A stretch of DNA of 64,000 bases from Podarcis vaucheri (taxonomy: Eukaryota), in assembly GCA_965113315.1 (NCBI GenBank), contig OZ220368.1; one strand, given 5' to 3'. The number at the start of each line of letters is the position of its first letter. Position 1 is the stretch's first letter. Shown here piece after piece: positions 27,235 to 38,269 of the stretch. The position numbers and the translations under genes were made by a program. Under the pieces are notes generated by a model. It was not told the DNA's origin. It did no database searches and was given only the letters and a program-made list of their open reading frames with translations.

Positions 27235-27310
27235 GACAAGACAAATAGGTTGTACTTTGGAAGAAACTCAAGGCAAGACAAGACAAATAGGTTGTACTTT
27301 GGAAGAAACT
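27235..27310. repeat. Perfect 34-bp direct duplication (period 42)
   Basis: gacaagacaaataggttgtactttggaagaaact at 27235-27268 and 27277-27310. Confidence 0.95.
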
Positions 27311-28745
27311 AAAGGGCACCTGACCTCTGACCCAGAAACCGGAGCATGAGGCTCAGGTATAGCACAGGACAAACCCCAAAGTGCACTTTTTTCCTTTCTC
27401 CCATATAAGTGAACAGCTTCCGTTCACTCCTGAAGGCAACGCTAAAGTGCTGCACTTGGGATAACGGCAGCTCTGCTGTGCCAGAAGCTTCAGGGATCAC
27501 CCTAAAGGGCTGCTATGCCATGGCTGCTACAAACCATGACCCAAGAAAACTATCAGAAAACACTACTTTGTAACATTATGGATGACATGCTGACATTCCA
27601 ATAATATAACAAAATGGAAGAATGAGAGGAACCAAGAAAGATTTTGTAGCTAGCATATTATCCATCTGCAAAGGGGGCTATGGGGCGGGGGTTGGCTGAA
27701 AAGCCGCATAAAATTTTTAAATAACAACAGTAATAATTGGATACTGTAAAAGCAACTGCTGTGTGAATAGCAGTTAATCTTCTCTGTGTAACAGAGCTCC
27801 CTCTAGGTTGAACATTCAGGTATTTCAGAAACCAAGGCACACCAAATTTCACCCCCCTTTAGTACTCATAAAATGCAGAAATTCCCTGCAAAACAAGTGC
27901 TCATTCTCTAGTTAGCAGAGACTTTTTGTGCGAGAACGTGTGCAACACGCCCAACTGGAACCCCAAGGAGTATCTTGATAGTAAGGTAACCTGGATCAAT
28001 GCTTCAAAACAAAACCAGACACTCGCACCCTACACTTCTTGTGAAAAAATAATGAAATCTCAGACTTATGCATTTAACCTAGGGTGCAATCTATGTAGTA
28101 GCCAGCCATTTACAATCCATCCATCAGCATGCATTGAGAAGTGGGGAGAAATCCGTTATTTTCTCACTCTTTAACTACCCTGGATTGTGCAAAGAGTAAT
28201 TAAAGTGTCTCAAAGTTTTTATGCTAGCTGATGTTGAGTATGTGCCCAATTTACACCTAGTTGAAGTTGATTTAAATGCATTGCTTGGAAAATCTGGGGG
28301 CTGTTTCATAATATTCTATACCAAAGTTAAAGCTAGTCTCTCATTACCAGGAGAAGAGGTATAAAATTACTGATAGCAAATTACCCTATTTCCCACCAGC
28401 TAGATCCGGCACACCCCTCAGATGCATCAGGAGACACTTCTGTCAGGAAAGGAATTCAATATTAGAATGACAGGATTGGCTCACCACCCTGTTTACCATG
28501 TGTAACTGTAATTATCATAGGATACTTACTTGTATGAAAAGTCATTACAAATCAGCTATTGTTCTTTATGAAATGAATGCTGTGCTTGTCAGAGGAAGCC
28601 AGCCACTGTGACCTCAACTGACCATATGAATTGGGCCTAAACACAGGACTGGCTAAACAGGGGAGCGTCATACAAATCAGAGATGTCCTATCTCTGGCGA
28701 CAGACTACTACTACAAAAGGTGTTTACACCCTTCTCCAAAATATA

Positions 28746-28914
28746 CCGTATTTTTTGCACCATAACACTCACTTTTTTCCTCCTAAAAAGTAAGGGGAAA
28801 TGTCGGTGCGTGTTATGGAGGGATTGCCAACGGGTGGCATGCCTACGGATTTTCCTCCTCTAAAAACTACGTGCGTGTTATGGTCGGGTGCGTGTTATAG
28901 AGCGAAAAATACGG
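28746..28914 (+). mobile_element. Tc1/mariner-superfamily MITE, copy 2 (intact, 169 bp)
   Basis: TIRs ccgtattttt / aaaaatacgg, TA TSD at 28744-28745 and 28915-28916, internal gtgcgtgttat repeats, CpGs intact. Confidence 0.92.
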
Positions 28915-29865
28915 TATATAGGAACATGGGAAGCTGTCTTAGGCTAAGCAGCTTAAAACAAAGCCAAGTTGTGGGTCCCGGTCCCCTACAGAGAGGATAC
29001 ACATAGATTGTGGCCGACACCAGGTGCACTTGGCTTCAAAGGCCAGTGGTGGGAGAACACTGGAGCCACAGTAAACAGTAATGAGTATGCAGCCTTCTAG
29101 AGATGGACCCTTGGTCCATCTAGCTCTGGGTGGTCCAATGCATGGCCCAAGGACCACACGCATCCCTCAGCAACGTGTGACCCCCCTCAGCCCTTGTGCC
29201 ACCTTCCCAAAGCAGGATAATGAAGGAGATGGGCTTTGGGACGGAGGCATGATTGATCTGACAGGGTTCTAGAGTCCTCCCACCTCCTTTCTAAAGCCCA
29301 GTTAGCACTTTCCTGGCTTTGGGAAGGCAATGCAAGGGTGTAAGCGTGTGTGTCAAATTTTGGCCTCACTTCTCCCACCCCAGCATGACAAGGCAGTGTG
29401 TAGCTCGTGGCTTCTGTGCCAAAGTACTTTTGCGGCACACTTGGTATGAAAATATGAGTCACCCTGACTAACTAAACTCTGCTTAACACTAGGGGTGGGG
29501 AACCTCAGGCCAGGGGCAGGCTTTGCTCTTTCAATCTTTCAGCAGAGCCCGGTACAAGGTCAAAATTCAGTGCCCCCCACCTCTCACCTTCCATTCTGCT
29601 TAATTCACTATGTCATAGTTGCAATGCCCTTCAGAACCCCCTAGGTTCAGTGTCCAGTGCGGAGGAACCAGTAGGGCTGCCATAAATCCTCCTCTGTTCA
29701 GGCCCAGGGGCCAAATGCCTCTCTATCTGGATCTTGAGTTCCTCCTCAGCCACGCCCTCTGTCCCAAGGCCACAACCCTCACCAGCCCTGCTCTGTGGCC
29801 TCCTTGAACAATTCTGGCTGAGCAGAATATCCTTGGACTACAATAATGCCTCATGTTTGTCTGAA

Positions 29866-29981
29866 AAGCAGCCCTCCAGGGTTTCAGACAGGGAACACTC
29901 CCAGACCTACATGGAGATGCTAGACATTGAACCTGGGTCCTTCTGGCCACAAAAGAGATGCTCTACCACAGAACTATGGCC
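29866..29981 (-). mobile_element. tRNA-derived SINE head (Squam2-like)
   Basis: Minus strand gggccatagttctgtggtagagcatct...ccaggttcaatg...ctgaaaccctggagggctgc contains A/B boxes. A matching 3' part of the same family lies at 33885-33991 (+). Confidence 0.7.
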
Positions 29982-31049
29982 CTACCTCATATACTTTCAT
30001 ATACCGCTCTATGAAAGTAGTTCTCTATTAGTAAAAATGTGCTTCTATCATTCTTCCTACCTAAATTTGTCTCCTGCTTTGTACAAGGGATTTCCAACCT
30101 CCTCACACAGGCCCCGTTTTCTAGTTGTTTCAAATTTATTAAGAAGGCAACCAAATAAGAGGGTTGTGGACAAAGTTTTCAGATGCATGCTTAGCATAAA
30201 AGGAGAGGCAAGCAGTGGGAAAGGGAGCTTGGCAGCCCATTACGGGCAGCGTGAACATCAGTGACAAGGCATCTGGCAAAAGCTCCTGTGAGCAAGCCAG
30301 GACCAGGGGACCAGCCTTTTCACATCTGGTTAAGTACCACTAAACCCTCAGACAAGCTGCCTAATTATGACAACACTTCTGCTGGAAAATTAGCATGCTT
30401 GACTGACCATGCTCAGAGGAAAGGGAGGGCGGGAGCAGCTGGCAGGAATGGGCAGTGCTACTGAAAATGCCTAGGAGTGGCTCCTGAAATGTAATCTAGA
30501 GCATGGTTGCCTTCAGAACCATGGCCCAATGGCATGCTTCCCCACTGTTCTAGACTTTCTCAAGCAGCTGTCACCAATAATGGCTATTTCCCACACCACA
30601 CCACAGCTTATGGTGTGGAGCAAGGTGAGTCTAGTTCACACGCGCAGATGGGGAAAAGAGGTTAAGACGGGACTAAGTTTATACAATACTGAAGCCACAT
30701 ATAAAGAAAGCAAAACTGAAAAGGATCAGATAAACGTTGAAATTATTACCTTTTGCAGGAAAAAATACCCAGAACTAATTCTATGTGAAACTTTTGTAGG
30801 CACTCCAATGCTCAGTTCTAAAGATATAGAACCACTGCTCACTAGCACCACATACAATGGGATTTTATTTGCAAGAAAGCATGTATTGCTGCCACATTGC
30901 TTCTTCCATCAAGAGCCACACCAAGAATTCTTGTCTGGTCACTTGGGCATCAATGACAAAGGCAAATTTTAAAATTAGTTATTGATGCCCAAGTGACAAG
31001 ACAAAATGCACTGATTCTGATGAGAATTCTACCACGGGAAACTCCTGAT

Positions 31050-31230
31050 AGAGGGTGTAGAGACCTAGGCTTTTCTTGATCAGTTATGAAGATCCCTGAG
31101 TGATCCTGAGACAGTCATTCTCTTACACTCTAACCAACCTCACAGCTTTGTTGTGGGACAGTAAGGGGGAGAGAATGGATCACTCCTTTACTACCCTGAA
31201 CACCTTAAAGGAAGAAAATGATATAAATGC
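31050..31230 (+). mobile_element. Degenerate CORE/Squam3-like SINE
   Basis: gagacctagg...gagtgatcctgagacagtca...ctaaccaacctcacagctttgttgtg...ggaagaaaatgatataaatgc. Confidence 0.6.
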
Positions 31231-31409
31231 AATTAGCAAGTCTTAAAAACTGAAATGTATTGAGGCCCAGTCTGGAGTTCTGTTTAATCTAACTTTATTA
31301 GTGGGTGCTCACAATGATAGCTTGCTGAGTCTTTTACCAGTGTCAGCGTAGCATACAGCCTACATCTCTCTCTGAAGAAAAAAATATCTAGATACAGTTA
31401 TCCATGGCC

Positions 31410-31520
31410 TAGTTATATCCAAGGTAGATTACTGTAATGAATTGCACATGGAGCTGACTTTGAAGACAGTACAGAAATTACACCAGGATCAAAATGTGAT
31501 GGCCAAATTGTTAACTGGCA
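31410..31520 (+). mobile_element. L2 LINE ORF2 remnant
   Basis: Translates SKVDYCNELHMELTLKTVQKLHQDQNVMAKLLTG, resembling the L2 motif SRLDYCN.L..GLP......LQ.VQNAAARLLTG. A further L2-like remnant lies at ~32425-32560. Confidence 0.75.
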
Positions 31521-31876
31521 ACATTCACTATGAACATGCAACTCCCTGGAGGCACGTATGACATATTTTGTTTGTGAGGCTCCATCATTGCCTTGAAACT
31601 TACCTTTGCATCTAGGCTGGGATGAACATGGAAGGATATTGAGTTGAGCTGTTTGATGATACTAGCTGAAACTGAAATGTTCGGTTTGCTGCAGAAATAT
31701 AGTCACTGGATTGTTGTTTTAACCATTTGGTTGCAGTCATTGGTTTATTTTTAAGATTAGGTTCATTGTCATTTAAAAATGAATTTTGTATACCAAACTG
31801 TGATCCTAACAGATGAAGGACACTACCTATGCTAAGTGAAGTGAAGTGAAGTAAAGTACTATGCTAGTGTCTACTA

Positions 31877-32395
31877 CAGTGTTTCCCAAACGTTTTTGGG
31901 CAACGGCACACCTGTTTACCGGGAAAAAATCTCACGGCACACCACCATTAAAGCCCCGCCCCGTGACGTCAGCGCGCAGCGTCACGCCGGGAGGGACGCA
32001 CAAAAGTGAACGTTTTTTCCCTTCCCCTTGCCGGGGTGGGAGGAGGCAGCAGAGCGAGGGACTGAGGGACGGCGGCAGCTGAGGCGGCGGCGGCTGTTGT
32101 GGTGGTGGCGGCGATAGCGGGCGGAGGAGGAGCCGTCGCCGGGATTTGCTGCTGCTGCTGTTGCTGCTGCTGCCCGGACATGCCGGCCTCCTCCTCCTCC
32201 GCTGTCTCGCGCTCCTCCCTTTTGCGCGCGCTGCCCCGCCGCTCGGCACCACCACCGCGGAGCCGCCCCCGGCTCGACGCGGATCCTCGCCGCCCCGCCT
32301 CTTGCCGCCCGACTCGCCCGCCTCCCTCCCACGGCACACCAGCCGGTGTCTCACGGCACACTAGTGTGCCGCGGAACACCGGTTGGGAAACACTG
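31877..32395. mobile_element. Young non-autonomous hAT (Charlie-like) element, 519 bp, with CpG-rich cargo
   Basis: TIRs cagtgtttcccaa / ttgggaaacactg. Perfect 8-bp TSD GTCTACTA at 31869-31876 and 32396-32403. Four direct copies and one inverted variant of the subterminal acggcacac motif. Confidence 0.95.
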
Positions 32396-33884
32396 GTCTA
32401 CTAGTCTGCTTCCAAGTACTATTCAACATGGTGGTTTGGGCATTTAAAGCCTTGATCAGCCTAGAATCTGAGTAGCTGAAGGACTATCTTCTCCTATATA
32501 AGCCTGTCTGTCCAAGTGCTTCTGCCACATGAAGTTCAGTCCACAGCTACCAGAAATGAGACAGGGTCTTTTCTGGGATGGGACTCAAACTTTCAACCTT
32601 GTTCTCATATTGTGTTCATCAACTGCTGGCATTATACTCTTTTAGGTGGCCAGCACAATCTCAAGTGTCCTTTTGATGGCATCTGTTTTTATTGTTATTT
32701 CTTCTGGTTGTTTTTAATATTTGTTTTTGTTTGCCAGATTGAGACCTCAGCAATAAGGCAAGATACAAACCTAGAAGAAAATAAAGAAAAATAGCTACAA
32801 ATGTGTGGTTCCTAGGCTACAGGCCAATACCAACAGGTGATTCCAAAACTCTACCGGCGGTGATGGGGAATTTAGATCAAGTAGATAAGATATTAGGAAA
32901 CATCTCCTGTAACAGATAAGAGATAAAAAAGTAACATAAGGAAATTATAGAGTCTCCTTTCTTTGATGGCTGCAAGAGTAAGCTGAATAAGGGTCAGAAA
33001 GCAGTGGTTTAGGTATAGCAAAGCCCACCTATGTGTTAGGGATAAGCCTATTAGGTGCTTGAGATTCTATCCCACCACCTCCCACAGTTGCCTTTTTATC
33101 ATTTTAAAATTTGCATTTCAGAACCAGGAAAATGTTTTACAATATTTAGTGACAAACTATATATAATTTGCACATAGAGATCAGGAAAAAAACAGACACA
33201 CAGACATTCACTTAGAAGAGAAAGAAAGTTACCCAATATTTTATTGAAAGTAGGTGCTAAGTACAATAATCTGTGCTCTGCTAAATCTTATCTATATACC
33301 CTCTTCAGACAGACATCCAGTGGTATCTGGAAACATGTTTTGTGCCTTTGAGATTATTTATCATGACAGAAGAGAAGTTTGAATCTTAGACAACTTGCTT
33401 GCAGATTTATCAAAGTCCCTGCTTCCATGGATTTTTTTTTAATCATACATCCTTCTGAATGCTCCACTCACCATTGGACATTGTAGACACATTTCACAGA
33501 CTCCAGGAAAATCACAAAGCAATAGTGTCCCTCCTGAAGAGAAAGAAACTGCTAAGCCTCTTGTGACTTACCTGTTGGAAAAATCATTGTCAAACTACAG
33601 GGTTGATCACAGTAAGAAAACTGTACAAGCCCAGAATGTTAGACACCCACACGCTGGCATGATGGAGAATGAAATATCTTGCAACATCAAACAGTTAAGT
33701 GAAAACATTTCCACTTCGCTCTGAACATCCTACACTGCCTCAAATTAGGATATTTGTACGTACCCAAAAATAAATATTTTGCCAGCTGCTGATTACTTAG
33801 AAGAGGCTTTAGACCCCCAGAGAGCTTTGGAGAATTCACAGCAGAAACAGTTTCAACAGCCACATCTATAAGATCAGGGAAACA

Positions 33885-33991
33885 GGGAATGTGAAAGACT
33901 CCTGCCTGAAAGATGCTGCCAGCCAGAAGAGACTACAGGGGTAGATGGACAATTTTATCTAGTACAGTATAAGGCTGCTTCCTTGTTCCTA
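33885..33991 (+). mobile_element. SINE 3' half (Squam2-like, CR1-derived tail)
   Basis: gactcctgcctgaaa...gctgccagcc...tagatggac...gtataaggctgcttccttgttccta. Confidence 0.6.
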
Positions 33992-35194
33992 AATTCTTCA
34001 GCCCTGACTCTTGTTGTCATCATTCAAGTTCTCATGATACAGGTGAGGCATCACTGGACACCACTCAAAAAAATAAGGGAACTTTGTTACTGCTTGGGTA
34101 GCTAAAGTTAAAGGTAGTCAGTAATGATGAATACTAAAATGTAATTTTAGTTACATTTCAATCCACAAAAACAATAAATGTGCACCTGTATAGTGCTGTT
34201 TTGGGTCATGACCAGAAGGGTTTCCTGCTCCATCATGTGGTCCACAAAGGTAATTTTTAAGAATGAAAGAGTAATTCCCAACTCTGATCTATGAAATTAT
34301 GACCCGCACAATACAAAAAAAAGGAAGGAGGAAATAATTTCTTTTAACAGGAGGAGATACTTGCATAATTGACACTGTTGGGGGAAAGGCCTTGCCAATT
34401 ATTGTAAGATGCCCAAACTTGCATATTTCCCAAATTTCAAGAAGGATCAAAGTTTTATCATTTTTCACCAAGAAAAGATGAAGTATCACAGCTAGCAAAG
34501 CTAGCTTAGGGCCAGAATAGATGTGTCACAGGAGATCTCCCAAGATTTTTGTTTATTTTAATGTGTGTGTGTCAGTGTCCTGATATTTATTGGAGCTGTG
34601 ATAGCAGCAAAGTTTTTTTGTTTTTTTCCAAAAAAACCTTTTTTCTACATACCATTTCCCTAATTTACATAACCTATTATAAAGGTGCATATACTGTACC
34701 TATATTTTCCCCCTATACTGGTGGTAGTAAGGGACAAGTGGAGGGAGTTTAGATCAGAAAAACTGCATGGAGGGAAAAGGCTGAACATCTCCTCCTACCA
34801 AACACTACTACTGTGATCAACACTATGGCTGCTTTAAAATTAACTCACACCAAAAATCCCATGGCAATCCCATGGTGGATCTTCCACATCATGTCTGCTT
34901 TGGCCAGATAGAGAGAAAGGGTGATAGAATTGAAGTGAAGCACTGGATCAGGACTGGGGAACATTCCCCCCCCCCCACCATGGGCTGCATTTCCTTGAGG
35001 GTAAACTATTGGGAGAATGCCAATGGTGGGCAGGGCCAGAGTCAACTCTCACACACTCCCCTCTCTTTCACACACAAATACACACACCACTTCAATTCAT
35101 CTATCCAGTCACACATATTCACCACTCACCATCCCACCCAGCAAAATATATCTATCCACATATAAACAATTGTATGGAACCACAAAGCTGCAAC

Positions 35195-35313
35195 TTGAGA
35201 AACCCAAGATCAAAGGTTTGATTCCCCATTAAGGAACAGCTGCATATGCCTGCATTGCAAGGGGCTGGACTAGATGATCCTTAGGATCCTTTCCAACTCT
35301 ATGACTGTTTCTA
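35195..35313 (+). mobile_element. SINE or CR1 3' tail remnant
   Basis: cctgcattgcaaggggctggactagatgatccttaggatcctttccaactctatga is a CR1-type 3' terminus, preceded by a B-box-like ggtttgattcc. Confidence 0.7.
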
Positions 35314-38061
35314 TTAAATAGGTGTTTATGCTTGTGTGTTGAGAACAACTGCATTCATTCCATGTAGTAATTCTTGGTTTGAGGAGATATGTTGTTTGGC
35401 TGAAAGAGCTGGAAGAGAGAATTCTTATGTTGCTGCTGCAGAGAAAATTGAGCACCACGACAACAGGTTTCTATGCAAGGGGCTGTTGCTTTTTTATCAG
35501 GACCTAAAATGTATCATGTACAAAGAAGAGAAGGAGATAGTATTAAAATCCTTTGCTAGTTAAGAGTATTAAGAAGAAAAAGAAAAACTGAACCCAAACA
35601 AAGAGCACAAACCAAATCTATACAAGCCACTTCTTACTGACTCTCAGGTGCCGAGGGTCATAGCAGAAGTATAAACAGGAATTTCTTCCGAACAGAGGCA
35701 TGGGTTGTGCTACATGTTAGGGAATGAAGGGCTAAAGGCAAGCAAAGCAGAAAGTAACCCACTTAAATTAGACAGAAGGGTTAACTGCCTATTTCACCTT
35801 TTGATCAGGTTCAATTTGGCCTGTTAATCAGTCAGCCATGATTAAAGCAAGAATATACAGAAGCATCACATGGTTGGGTGTGTCAGGAAGGAAGCTAAGG
35901 CAGCCAGTCTTGTTGTTTCAAGGTTTTCTTTTAAAGGCGAAAAAGAGATTTTACGGTATAGGAAGGAAACTGAATTCTTCGCTTTGCCTCCAGGAATGCA
36001 GTGGATTCCTCACAGCTTCCAGCATTACCCCAGCAAAAATGTCTCTTGCGTCTGCTTCCTTTGTTTCAGGTTTTTTTCCCCTGCATTCAAAACTCCATAA
36101 CTACTACAGCCTTTGTGGATCATCTAACTTGTAAAACCATAGTAACGTCTTTCACTTCCAACCCCAAACTTGAAATGACCCTACCATTTGATAAATTAAT
36201 CTACTCTTTCCAAACAGGAATCAATTTTAGCTATAGCCTAATTGGCTAGTTTCTTAGAAAGCAAAGTGCTTTGAGTTTCCACATTCTGTACTGTACTTAA
36301 TCAGATAATTTCTGCAACGAGGCAAAACACAACTGCTTTCTTTCTTCCGTATAAATGGGAGCAGATCAGTGGACCATCTAGTACAGTGCTGTGTCCAGGG
36401 AACTTCATGTTAAGCCATGAAATCATCCAACAGCCATTAAATCTGCAGAAATAATGTAAAGTATAAAGAAATACCACAGTCTGCCTGTTTTTGCTGCTTC
36501 CTTTGAGTTGTGAGCAGGGCCGGACAAATCTCAGGAACCTGTTGCCTGGGTACCTAGAAAGTTTGATACCAGCACATTGAAATATTTTTAAAAATAGAAA
36601 ATAAAACCAGCCCCGTGCAGGGTGGAAGTTTTATAAAAGACTGATGTATGCAAAGTATTTCCAGTTCCAGTTATAACAAATGCAAGTAAACATTATTATC
36701 ACTGTCAGCGTCTGCTTTGTACAGTGACTGGTAAACAAAAAAGGGGCCTCCAGCTTTATCTTTCAAAACAGAAATGAAAACTTGAGAGGATACCCTACAC
36801 TATCCTGGAAAGCCTGGACAAAGCCAAACAGAGCATAAGCGGTCAAAACAATACTAGTCTTGATCCTTCTATGCAACTTAGAAGCGTAAATAAGAAGGAA
36901 ATGACCATTCCACAGAGCTGCATAGGGGCTCAGGTGAGGCAAGAGAAAATAGCATTTTCACAAATTTCAGACTGAAAATGGAATGTATTTAAATGAAGGG
37001 AAAAGGTGCTAACAAATGAAGATACTGAAGCAATAAAAAACAGAAATCATATTTATCATTCATAAATGTTTATCTTCTCTAACAGGCAATGACCAAATCT
37101 GTTGTAGATGAGATATAAGTTTTAACCAACCAGTTGTTACTTGTCATTTCCCCTTGCAAATGGAAGGGTTGTTACCTCATCTGGTCATCTGACATACTGG
37201 GTTGTGCACAACCTGACTTTGGCACCAATAAAATCTAGTACTTCTATATCTATATAGTCAAATGGAATGAGAATAAGGGAAAAGACAAACACGTATTAAA
37301 AATGTGTGGTTCTAGAATATCGAGTAGTATATGCTACAGTTCCTGGCTGGCTACTCTGCTCCTGCCATTTGCTGCATTGCCAATCATCTCTTACTGGAAA
37401 ATGAAGCACCTCAAAGCCTTGAGACAAGAAGAGGTTATGTAGCTTCCATCTCAAGCACACAGCTACAGGTTGTCTTCCTGCCCAGCAGTAACAGGAGGAA
37501 ACAGAAGTAAAAAGATAGGCAAATAGTTCACCTATACACAACATCACTACTGCCAATGCTTCCTCCTGCCCCATAGATGAGTACCTGAGATGGAAGTGTC
37601 CCATCTCAGTAACCAGTTGTGTGCTTCTGTGACAGAAGAAAGGAGAAGATGCAGCACAATACCAAATAAATTATCCAGTCTTCGCCATCCTCACAAACTA
37701 TCAATCATCAGGAACATGGCCTCTGCACCTCCTAACTTTGAGGAATTAAAGCTCATCGGAGGCCACAAGCACCCCTGCTTTATTTGGTTCTAGACTCTTA
37801 TCAGCTCCTATAAAAGGGAGCAGGAAAAGGCCACTGGCAGGTTAGTAAATGGGAGCAGCCTAAACTATAAAAGACCATTACATAATGTCCAGCAGAAAAC
37901 CTTTAACAACACATTCAAAATGGCATGGAGAACAGGCTTTTGTCTTGGCTTTTTTAAAACAGATTTGCAAATATAGTTAATATTATCTGTGCTGTTGAAA
38001 TCCACCAGGTATTATTCAACTAACTTTTATTCAGGAGACCTTTTGAAATTAATTGACCTAA

Positions 38062-38269
38062 TTTAATAAAATTAATAATAATGATTTATTTATACCCCGC
38101 CTATCTGGCTGGGTTTCCCCAGCCACTCTGGGTGGCTTCCAACAAAATATTAAAAATACATTAAAACATCAGTCATTAAAAACTTCCCTAAACAGGGCTG
38201 CTTTCAGAGGTCTTCTAAAAGTCAGATAGTTGTTTATTCCCTTGGCATCTGATGGGAGGGCATTCCACA
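38062..38269 (-). mobile_element. L2 LINE 3' fragment nested in a palindromic repeat (38008-38332)
   Basis: Highly similar to 58305-58480 (tataccccgcctatctggctgggtttccccagccactctggg...cttctaaaagtcaga). The flanks rejoin into an element like 6720-6840. Confidence 0.8.

Noticed and set aside
27235-27310. CRISPR-like repeat-spacer-repeat
   Set aside because: Only two copies with an 8-bp spacer in a vertebrate intron; a simple local duplication.
20091-29006. Two near-identical ORFs MSVRVMEG.PTGGMPTDFPPLKTT
   Set aside because: Both are chance frames through the two MITE copies, not a duplicated gene.
29734-30264. 176-aa ORF
   Set aside because: It runs across a hAT remnant and an antisense SINE head, and shows no protein family signal.
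31880-32400. CpG island taken as the promoter or first exon of a separate resident gene
   Set aside because: It is precisely bounded by hAT TIRs and an 8-bp TSD, so it is a transposon insertion.
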